Shown piece after piece: positions 25,601 through 37,600 of a stretch of DNA of 64,000 nucleotides. The translations under genes were made by a program, and so were the position numbers. Positions within the stretch are counted from its first letter, which is position 1; each line of letters begins with the position of its first letter. This stretch comes from Raillietiella orientalis (lineage: Eukaryota), in the NCBI GenBank assembly GCA_036172245.1, contig JAYWIR010000025.1:124001-188000 (forward strand), written 5' to 3'. The notes beneath the pieces were generated by a model that worked only from the letters and a program-made list of their open reading frames with translations, made no database searches and was not told where the DNA came from.

Positions 25601-28600
25601 ACAGCAGAACCAAGATGATACACATCTCATCTTGGTTCTGCTGTTGTACCAAATGTGCACCTAATTGTGACTGAGAATTTCGTCTTGCGACCAGCTTGCT
25701 CACTTGGGATGCCCTTGTCTGAATTACAAACCCCGCTTCGAAAAGGAAAGTACACGAACATGTGCGGAAACTGCAGATGAAACTAAAATCGTATCCATGT
25801 TCTTTGCCAAAGTGCACTGATGTGTTCTTTAACATTACAATTACGCGAATGTTGACAATCAGTTTTCTTGAAGATACCATTCTGATGCAATAAGTGACAT
25901 CGGCTTTAAGGGAATGCGCTGATTGTACATATGAATTCTGCATGCAGGGAGCAACTTCATCTGCAAAGCAACTGCCTAGCTTGTAACTGCAATGGACTTT
26001 GACCAGAAAGTAAGATGATACTTCTCAGTAAAATGAAGTCCGGAAAAGGATTTTTTTTTTCTCTCTCTCTTCGTGTCCATTTCGACAGATGTACGAGACC
26101 AAAAAGGCTGAGTAAAAAACATCAGATGAACCATCAGAATCATTCACAACCAGGATAAGGAACGATTTCTGATGCAAAACCCGCCAGGACTCCTTTTCCT
26201 TCTCGCTGAAATCAAGATTCCCGTAAAATGAAACGCGAAGTGCCCATGATTTACGGGCAAGGAATCTGAACAACAAGCACAACTTCAAAATCGACCCTTC
26301 CATCTTCCAATAACCCTGAGCTTCCCTGCTCCCACCCGAATCACTTGAACGTGTCCCCGACCATTTCTGCGGACGGATGTTCTGAATCGACAAACATGGA
26401 TGAAACCAGCACCAGAGTGGATTTACGAATGTCACATGGATCCCACACGACGCAGACCCGAAAAGAGGGGCAGACAAAAGATCTGTTTCGAGAGTGGGAA
26501 CCTCCTTGGATGTGGAGCTTCCTGCAATCGGGAAGCTCCAGGTCCGACAAAACCACTTCGTATCAAAATAGTCATGGATTACCATGGATGCGTTCTAGAT
26601 GAATTAACAGAGAGCAAAACTGCTGCAAGCATACTCTCAACCATGTGTCCTACACTGGTGCATGGGATAAAGGAAATCCACCAACAAAACTGATGCTGTG
26701 ATGGAAATTGCAAAAAACTTTATGGTTCGTCGAATTTTCAAAAAAAAAAAAAAGAAAAAAAAACGGAAAAAAAAGAAATAGTTTCGCGTTGCTAAAATTG
26801 CTCCACTGAAAGAAAAAGCGACAAAGTTTTGTGAAGAGTAAAGCTGACAGGCCTTTTAATTATTCGAAAACTTTACCTGAAGTTGCCTTCCTTCTCTTCT
26901 TGATCTGCAGTGATGCTGGATACCGGAGAGAGCAGAACTTTATTCAGCACGGTGAAAACGGCAAAGAAGAGGAAGGACCCAACGACCCCGTAATATCCTG
27001 TGCTGGAAAGAAAAATAGCAACAAACTTGCTTACTCGAAGAAGCCAAAGTATTGGAACGAGAGTGCTACACAGTGGTCCCATTCAAAGTTTCAAAACTCG
27101 CATCCTGTGACTCCCCCTTACTGCTCCGATGAGCGAGCGCTGACGCCGCCTTGACACGGGAAGCGGCCGAGGTTTCGGGAATTAATTAGGAGCAGTTCTG
27201 CGGAATAAGCAACAAATGTTTGCTCCTCGGCTGAGCAGAAAGTGCCATAAGAGCCTCGAGATCATGAGTTTTGATTTGATTTCATGGTGCCGATGCTGCA
27301 AACGCGTGCGCAGCTCATTAACAGCCGTCCTGAGGTTTCAACGTTAACGGAAGAGGAAAGCAATTTGTTGTTGTTGTTTTCAGAACGGGAAAAACGCACA
27401 ACGGAAGCAGCAATATTCCGTGACTGCCACGTACGAGTAACGCCAGAATAATTAAACAGACACGCTACGGCCACATCGACCACCGAATATGCCAAGAAGA
27501 AGGACCAGTGTGGAAAACTGAAATGAAGGAACGACTCGATAAATTCAAAGGAAAATAAACGACTGCATGCTTTCACACCTCCAAATGGTGCTGAAACACC
27601 AACGCGCACGAAGGAGTATTTTTCGTGTGTCCACGAACATCTTGATACAAGGAAGACAGACACCATCGTGCCACTTCCATGTATCGGGAAAACAACTACG
27701 AGACCACTTGTAATTTGCATGCAGAATTCTGAGGCGGACTTATCTCCATCCCAAGAGATCGAATTACGGTAACCACAAGACAGCACTCGGATGGAGTGTA
27801 ACCACCAAGTTCCTACCTATCTGCTGAGAATACAAAACGATGCAACGTGTCAAGAAGCGATTTTCCCACCTGTATACCCCTTTTTTGTGTGCTAACGATA
27901 TTCGGCCGAGTATCCTTATTTCACTTCAGATTCGTCACCTCCGAAGCCTCCCTTATTCGAAACCATTACTCTAACATGTTCTCCTTACTCTACTACGCCT
28001 GAAGAGAGCTGAGCTGGAAGCTCTCTTCAGTCGTACAGACTCAAGGGGGGAACTTGCAGATAGGAATTTAGAGATGAGGTAAAAAAAAACAAAAACAGAA
28101 TGGGAAGGAAAGCTGGCTTTCCGTATGCCGATTAATAAAACAAATCACAAAACCGTCTGAAAGCTCACAGAACTGCTGTAAGCTAGAAGGTAATGTTTAT
28201 GTCTGCGGCAAAAAATAGACGTTGGCATGAGCAAAGAAAATGCACTTTGCTAAGGATGACAAACGTTTGATAGAGAAACCACCATCTGATTCGACGAACC
28301 TGCACATTACAGGTCATTTAATTGAGCCCACTTCGTTATGGATTCCGTTAGCACGAACAATGATGTAGAAACTTTTGATGAAAAAGACAAGCTTCAGAGG
28401 TGAATTTATGCCGAGTGTACTTACTCCAAGTACTTGTCTTTTCAATAGTTGAGTTTTCATTCGAAGTTAACAGTACCAAGAAAACGCGCGTCAGGTTTAA
28501 GAAGACATCTATGCTAGAACAAAAGATGGAGAACGTTTCCCTCCGCGAATGCTTTCGTTAACGCTACCAAGCTCTGTTTCCTAGGAACTCCATCATGCCT

Positions 28601-31600
28601 TTGTTCTTGACACGAATTGGTTCCGAAAAGCTTCAGAAACAACGGAACATAATTCGTATTTGAGATCGAGGTGAACCCTGTTCTTGGTTCAACTGTAGAA
28701 GGAAACTCCAAAGAAACGGTGGTCCTCAAGCCGGCGTTTCGCCAAAACGAAGCAGTTTCGGTTGATGATCAAATGATGCGATATAACCCCCACACAGTCA
28801 GTCCATCCTAAGCAGAATCTGCAATCATGAAAGCATCTTGCGCGCGTCCAGCACAACCTACGTGAAAAACGCAAGATTAAGGGTGTCACACACACATTCA
28901 ACATTTCCGATGCCGAAAAGTGAAATTTCGTTGATGAAAGACACAAAGTGCTTGCAAGTGCGACCGATTCGTATCGCCAGTTTTCATCAAAAACCATCTC
29001 CGGTCAGTCAAAGAAAGAAAGGGCTACGTAAACAGGATGCTGTCGCGTGACATTGGGCACAGGACAATCTAAGGCGGTTGATTTTTCGAAACCGCAACAT
29101 ACGACATGTACTTTATATGGTAAAATATTGCAAAAGGATTTTTATCGTAAAGTGTATTTTTATTTTGTTTCTGAATTTGTTTTTCTGCTAATCCTTTCAT
29201 GATCCAGTTCAGCATCCAGTACAGAAAAAAGAAGCACATCTGAAAAGCGATCCGTTATTTCCAACTAGAGTACGAGAGAGTAGATGCCACCCCTGATATT
29301 TTAAGTGACAAGAGAAGATGCAAATTGGACTGGAAATGCCCGCACTTCTGCCTTCCTGGAATCTGTGTGCCCAAGACCAGAAGTGGGACCTGACAAATCT
29401 CTCAGAAAACGCCATCATTACAATCTGACAACGCGTGGCCAATAAAAGAGCACGTTTCCCCCCCCCCCGTTCTCCGAGCATCTGGAAAAATTTCACAAGG
29501 AGGAAAAGTCAACGAGAGTTCCGCACGGTCCACCTGACGAGAAGAGGCTCAGAAGAAACGGGGGTCATAGCGGAATATCATAGGCGTGAATTACAAGGAG
29601 CATCTCGCATGGAATGGGGAAACGAGAAACCAATGAAAGCACGGTGTTACAGATAAACTTCTCGAATACTCTTTACTTTCATACAGGTTTTCACTCGTAC
29701 TGCAGCAATGCCATTTCGAGTTGGAATCAGACATTTCAAAATTTACTGAATCGGGTAGATAAGATCGTAATTCAGTACTCTCATTTGTTCCTGTTTCGAG
29801 TACGATATATGGTGCATACAAGGATCCAAAGTAAAAAGATGTTCACATAATCCTGTCCTTTATAAGTTCGAGCTGCTTTCTTCGGTGCAGAATGAATAAG
29901 CTCTTCATTCTAAGGAAATCGTAAATCATCACTCGAAACAGCATCTGGTTGATATATCTCAATATGATGATACAAGAACAGATGAAGAGTATCTGTAGAG
30001 CAAACTTCGCGTAAAACTTTTTCACATTTCCTCCTCAAAGAATATAATATGAATGTATTTTTTTTTTCTTTTTTTGTATCACATCTGTCTGTGCAGTTGT
30101 CGTTTTCCTGCCACCCCATTTCCTAGATGCGCCATTCTCTTTCGTTAACTGTTGTTTCCATCTTGAAAAATTGCTGCTAACTTCTACTAATGAGTTCTCG
30201 GGTGCCAATTGCAGCCATGTGAATACGAATTGCTATTTGCATACGTTACCTCCGGTTCCATGCCGCACTGTACGCTTCGTACGCTAGGGAATTCCGATTT
30301 CTGAGGTTTCCAGGATGTTCCATCTGTTTAAGACTCATTTCGGAGAAGTGTGATGTCCTCTGGATTCCCTAAAATACTTCCAGAGGCGCAGATTTCACGT
30401 TGCTACCGGAGAAAAGCGGCACGAGACGAAAACATACTCTCTGAAACACGGCTCAGAGGCATGCCAGCCCCCATCAGAGCACGATGGCATTCTCTGGATG
30501 GGGATCTGATTGTGGACCCTTCATCGAACCCATTTGTTAGTCCAAACTGTGCCAGTAATCCGAAGAAATAACCGAGAATCGCAGTGGTCCATATCTACAC
30601 CAGTTATTCACATGAATTTCGATTCCGGTTAACAATCAGCTACTCTGGATAAGGATTTGGGATAATGGAGAAGGATGGGAATGATCAAGGACTTTTGCAT
30701 TGCAGGAACTTTTCGTGATGAATGATTGTACCGGAAAGAACCATGAGTAATTCGCCGTGATGGCTTTGGAATCCGGTAAGGCAAACAAATCCGCATCAAG
30801 ATCCACGGGTTTTACATACGAGGAGAACCCATTTCGAGGATACTGTCCGTGATGTGCTTCTCGGAGTGCGAAATCTCGCACCAGAGACGAAACCAGATGC
30901 GGCGATTGTTCACTCTGAGATGCATTCGCAAAAGTCTTTAGGCAGCCCTGATATCCGCAGTACAGATTGGAGGACATTCGTGATAATCATACTCTATCAA
31001 AGATCCTGATGAAGTATTTGATTCCCACTGACACATGCCGATGTAGGCACGATGATCTTCGGCTGCACCTTGTTTGTCAGAACCGCTCGGTTGCTGCCTG
31101 AAGACATGAGATGGAAACAAATATGAATGCAGCTGTAATAAATGGTTGCAGGCAAGTCCATTTTTCTTGGACTCTGGATCTTCCATCCTGTGATGATTTA
31201 CTTTTGAAATCATTTCATCGAAATGAATGTGGCAAAGCATCGAACAGGAATCGCAAGTAGCTGTCTCCATGCCTTGATTGAGGAAGGAAAAACACTGCAC
31301 ATGGCGGTGCTCAAAAAGTTCTGCACACAGGAACGCACACAGGCAGTGGGTGTTCGTGCTGATGCGCTGATAGGCACTTTGATGACCACTTGAAGATAGA
31401 ATCGATAAGAATCGATAGTCACGGTACAAGCAAATATGCTTGAACGAGAATGCATACGTTGCATTGTGCTACGCTACTCGACGGTAAGCATCCAGGCTCC
31501 AAGATTCGTGAAGTGCCATGCACTAAACACATGACCACGACGCTAGTCATGGTTGCTACACTTTTGACTTCGGGGTTTTATGAAGCGTGCGGTGGGGCGT

Positions 31601-34600
31601 TACGTATCATTTCGCTCCATTTTGCCTCCTGAATCCGAAGTGTATACGGATGCATATCCACTCATGAATGGGAGGAAACACTAAATTCTCGAATCTTGGG
31701 CCACGATTTTTCTACTGACCTTTCCATATTTCATTTTCAGAAAGATGATGAAGGAAAATTGGAAAATTCAAACCTAGCAATTTTGTGGCCTTTCCCTTCA
31801 GTGTTTGAGGTTCTTCGGGATAATAACTCTCGTCTCCAGCATCTGAAGATGGTACAGAAAAATTCCTCAAGTACTCACTCTTCCGAAGACGCCTTTGGCA
31901 TATGGTTAAGTAAAGCTTTCAGCCTGCTACTGATCTCAACTGGTATGGCTATTTATCTGCGTGTGTGTGTTTTTTTTTCATAACCGATGGTGGCAAACGG
32001 ATAACTCACTGAGAAAAAAAATTTTTTTTTTTTTTGACGCCTTCTTCATGAATGAAAGGATGTGTGAAAGCAGCTCTTCTTTGGTGCCTAAAAACATCTT
32101 TGAAGTTTAAAGAGACTGAAGAGTTTCCTTTCCTAGCAACTTTCACTTCTTGGAATGGTTTGGCAAGCATGACCTCCGACAGCAACACGAGTGTTTCAAA
32201 CAGTGACAAGTTTCAAGAAAGTTGTGAAACAAAAAAGACAGAAAAGATTGCGGGAACGAAATCCGGAAAACTACACGCATAATTCCCGTCTGATGATTTG
32301 GTAGCAGATCGGAATTATGATTCCATCAAAACCGATCCAGATGTAGGAAAATACTCTAGATATTCGACGACGAGACTTCCAACTTGGACAGCAATATCTT
32401 GAATCTCAGCACGCTTGGAAATTTTTCTTTTTGCAGAAATGCCAACTGAGAATTAAGTCTATCAAAAAAAAAAAAACAGGACGGAAATGTACGTGGGAAG
32501 TCAACGAGTCGTGGTTAAGGATATCGGTCAAACGATTACAAGCACGAAATTTTTCAGCAGCATCGAAAAAATCTCGTGAGAAAAAGAGGCGGGAACGGTG
32601 GTTAGGAATATATGAATCTCTCAAGCAAAAGCTTCCAAGCAGTTCGTGGTTTTCCTCATTAAGAAATGCGACCAATGAAAGCGGCTCGACTCTTCTAAGC
32701 CATAAATAAAAACTGACGTCTCACTCAGTACACAACCTTACGTTAGACTAAAAAACTACATATGATGGCGGCTTGTATTAGAATGTGACTACTTTTGAAT
32801 GCATGCATTGAACAAATGCAGCATTTGCTGCATGTCACCATGTGTGTGCTCGAGGAGTATGAAGCATCATTCATCGCCTGATTAATTAGAGACTGATCTA
32901 GGTTTGTTTGTGTACAGATCTCAATTCAAAGTGTGCATGCATTTAAATTTATCATACTGAACATTCCTGAATCCATTAGTAAAAGCATCGGTATAAAAAA
33001 AAAAAAAAAAAAAAACAGACTACTGTCACAGGTAGAGATCATCGAACGTTCCTGACTCCCGATCATTTCAAGAAATCCCTTTTTGGGTTAGTGCTTCTCA
33101 TTTTTATTGAATCTTGATTAGAGACCGTGAGGATTCGCGAGAGACACATCAACACATCGATTTCATTTCGTTTTTTTTTTTTTTTTTCTTCAATTTATGG
33201 CACGACTGCACAATGACGGTTGGATGCATGAAATTATAAGGAAAATCCACGTACCCATTATAAACTTGGAAGGAATAATATGTGGCAGTAAAAGGAGTCA
33301 GCAGAAGATTGGGCACAACATCACATAAGATCCTACACAACTTGTCTGCGTCCTGTGTCATACGCTGATCTCTGAAACACAAAGAAACAGATACAGGAGA
33401 TTTCTTAATGCTTTAAAAGGATATTATTGCAGTCGTTTTTTTTTTTTTTTTACTCAAAAGATATTTGATCTTAATGCACACAGGAGGACGCTAATAGTTC
33501 CTTGGAAAACTGAATCCACTTCCAAGATCACACGGATGTCAAGTTAAATCTAATTTAGCGAGTATCCAAAGAAAACCATAACACGGAAGGAAAGATAAAT
33601 GCAACGTACAATCCCGTAAACTGTTTTCAGAGATTCCATTCGAAGTTTAATGAAACTTCGGAGTAAATTACTTTAGGAATTTTTAAAATGCCACATTTGC
33701 GATCACAAAGAAGTCAAAGAGGATGAGGACTTCATGGGAGTGGGCGTACATTGAATTGCCATCTTGGATAAAGGTCTGCAGATAAGCAGAATCCCACTCA
33801 AGAAGAGGACTCCTTTGCATTTAACCATTTTCTTTAAGATACACAAACACCTGACAAACATTTTCCCATTGTCTCTTTGCGATGCATGCATGTGTGTGTG
33901 AACTCGCGCGTATGTAAGAGTATCCTTTTCTCACGTAAAAAAAAAAATCAAACGATCCCATTTTCTGGGACTCGAAGCAGGTGTTCATATCTTTCTCAAC
34001 GCATTTCTCCGATGAAACAACAGTATCCAATAACCTTACCAGGTACAGAGCAACACTGATAGTGTAAGGAGTGTTTCATGCCTTCAGCCCGTTTTTTTTA
34101 AAAAAAAAAAAAAAAAAAAAAACCTTTCTCGTGCATCGATGAAAGCGGTTTTTAAACTTTTAAGCTACAGTGGTATCCTCATTTTTCAGTTACGGCCAAG
34201 AGAATCGAAACCAGCATGAGCTACGCACTGGACCACGCGAGCTTCGGATGAGCAAAAGCACACTCTCTTTACCATTTCATTTTTCCTGCACGACGTACAA
34301 CAAAAGTGAAGCCTTCAACGCATAACGAAGGTAAACTAGATTTACTTACATGTTCATTTTCGACGAAGGCAATATACTCGGGAAGGGGTTGGGAGGGAAA
34401 GAGCCAGTCTTGAGGAGACAGTGGACCAGTATTTCGGTGTCCGAAATACTCGCTATCGTGCATTATTGGAATCCAAGTATGTGACATGGTTCGAAAAAAT
34501 TGTTATCTGCCGAACAGATGAGAGCAAGAAAACAACGACAATTTAAGCATTCATCATTGACAAACTTCCGTGCCCAGAGACTTTGCAAAGACAAACTCAA

Positions 34601-37600
34601 ATTGTTTTAGAAAGATGAATGGACATCCGACTCACTGCTGCCCAGTTGCTCATCGAGCTGACTGTGGTTTCGTGAATGAGCAGCAACCAGGAAATGGATT
34701 TTCCTCTTTCCATCCACTCCCCAGCCCGTGTTAATTTGAATGAAATATTTAGGAAAAAAACACCGTTGCAATGGACTGCGCATTTTCCTTGTACTATTTC
34801 CTGCATCTGAGGTTGGCATCAGCGTTCCCGCACCAGGACACCGCCAGCGACCTGCTGCGACGGTTCTTCGAGCCGGGAGGACTAGCGACGGATGCAGTTG
34901 ATCATAACCATCGATTGCGTCCATGTCATCGTCACGACCAGCCATGTGCTCGGGACGACCACCAAGCAGTGAAGGGAGGTCACCGGGATGGCAGCAGCCC
35001 ACATGAGAACGGGTGCGAGGTGGCCTTGCCTGGGAGAAGAAACGAAGGAGATCGCCAGCATCCAGCGCCGGTTTTGAAAGTTAAGAACAGACCCTTGTTC
35101 CTTGCCTCGCTTTATTTATTTATTTTTCTCATTTCTCACTCTTTCTCCCCCTAACTTCCTCTTTTTTTTTTTTTTTTATCCCGGTGCACACGGAGCGACC
35201 CCAAAGATCTCTGTTCCAGCTCCTGGATTTATTTTTGTGTTGCTGTTGTCTTTCCTCCGCTTCCCTGTTCCGGAATTTTTCGATATCCAGACCTGCGTGT
35301 CGGTGGATCCCCCTCCCCCCCTCCCTGAATTCCTTTTGTCTTCGGTTGGGAACTGTTCCCAACTGATTTATTTTTAACAAATAAACGCCCCGGAGTGACC
35401 AGGTTAAAAACTTCCTACCTCTGAAAGAAACCCAAAAATGAAGTACGAAGTGGAACTACCTTCATCCTCGTCCGTGGAAAATTAGCATCCGTGATCATGC
35501 TTTCAAACATCTTTTCTCTTAGCCAAAGATACACTGCAATGATGCTTTCGACCAGTGTCCTTGAAGCTTTGAAAAGAAAAACGAAAACATGGAAAAATAC
35601 ATCTAATGTACATGATGGAGACGACCAAGCAATGATTTCTCTTTCGGTAACCTCGAATTCCATATTCAAAATTGTTTCTTTTCTCATTACTTATTTGTGC
35701 AGCTTGCTCGCTTAATCAAATTTCATGTAAAGTGTACACTCTTTGAGCTCAGAAAATAGTCTTTCAAATAAACTTTCCACCCTATCACGAAGCAACCCGT
35801 ACACAAGCCACACTGAAAAACCACATGAACTCATTGTGCCTGATTTACTTGCACCTAAGAATGAAGACTGCAGTACTAGTACCATTGGGACGAGAGATAG
35901 AAAAGAGAAGTCTCAATCTTCGACGGAAATTTGAAGAGGAAATCAATCCAAGATCCACTTCTTCAATCGGCACTTTCTTAGAATGCAAACTTTCAAATTT
36001 ATCAACTATGTGTTTGCGCTTTGGAATCTTCTGATTTCATCGGCTTTCCATCTTTCAAGAGGCTGTGTGCCTTCATCGAAAACAACAAATGACAGCCATT
36101 CTTCTAGCTATGTTTGCTTTGACTCACAATTCTTCATCTGAAACAAAACAAGCAACGAGCAACAGTGACCTCCGGATGAATGAACTCTCGATCTTTTGAA
36201 GCGATTGAGATGTGTTTCTTCGCAGTCTTTTCTACAAAGCCGACACGTTTGTAATGGTTTAACCCTTAGGGTGTGGAGCACATCAGGTTGAAACGTTCTG
36301 TGTTGACGGCACGCAGTGGCGACCTCTGTGGACGGAATGCTTTTTCGCGTGCCGTGTACTCTATCAGAGGTGCCACCGACTGACTACATAAAGTGCTGAT
36401 TAAAGTTACTATTGTAATTGTTCGTTTACACCACTTTAAATAAAATATTTTCATTTTCCCCAAACATATATTATTTATTTACAGATTATAAGTATGATTC
36501 CAATAAAATCAATTGCTCATTTGGGTGTGGTACAATACAATAAATTATATACAACACAATTATAATGTGATGATGTGAGAACAGTTAGCCGATATAAACA
36601 GAATTTGTTTACTATCGTTGCTAAGGGAATTATAAGGACGTTTAAGTGTACGTATCCATTTCAAACACTGATAGTGTTAACTTGTGTCGCGAGTGTAAGG
36701 TAAAAAAAAACATTTGCCAAACTCATATATGCGTTCATAGCGCACGCTGATAGTTTTCGTCTAGCGCATGTGTGCGCACTCAAAGGGTTAAAAGCGGCTC
36801 ATTAACATGTGCCTATAGAGACTACCAAATCTGCTAAAAGTCGCCATGCATGAGCAAACTTTTGCTTTTCTTCCTTCTTATCTTGCTAGACGAATACGGG
36901 CTATGTTTTTTCAGTGAATTTCAAACTCACATCAAAGAATATTTTTTTCCGTGTTCTCAAGGTGCTGCACTCGCTTTCATTTGCACATCGGAAAACACTC
37001 CAGCTTTTCACAACCACTTGGGAATCTCCCAAATGAACCTCAATTTGCAAACGGATCACCTCCAGCAATTTATCCAAGAACCAGCCCATCTGATTTCTTA
37101 CACTAATTTTAAAAAAAGAATCGTGTATTTTGTGTGTTTCTCTATCCCTGGTTCCTGATAATAACCTGCTAAAAATTCTTGGACCTCGTGTTTTTTTTTT
37201 CGTGTTTTTGTATTTTTCATATTCTAAGACGACATTCAAGCCACTGGGATATCGCCGTTTCGAAGTCAGCTGTCTTTTCCCGTGGGGTCGCATAATTCGA
37301 TGCCAGATTTTCGAAATTTCACTTCACGAAAGTACAGGAAGTAGCCATGCTTATGAAACTCTTTCGCACATGAATTCGAGAGTCGGGGGGTATCTGATTC
37401 CACCAAGTACACACGCGACCCAGGTCAAGCATTTCGGGCTCAAACTCGCCTCCACTGGATGTAAATTTACAAACGCAAGTAGCACGAATGGACACATCTT
37501 CAGCATTTCATTACAAACTTTATGAAAATGCATACCAAGAAAGAGATGGAACAAGGGCTCTAAACGAGGTGGCAATCAAGAACCGAAACAAGTTCGGTCC

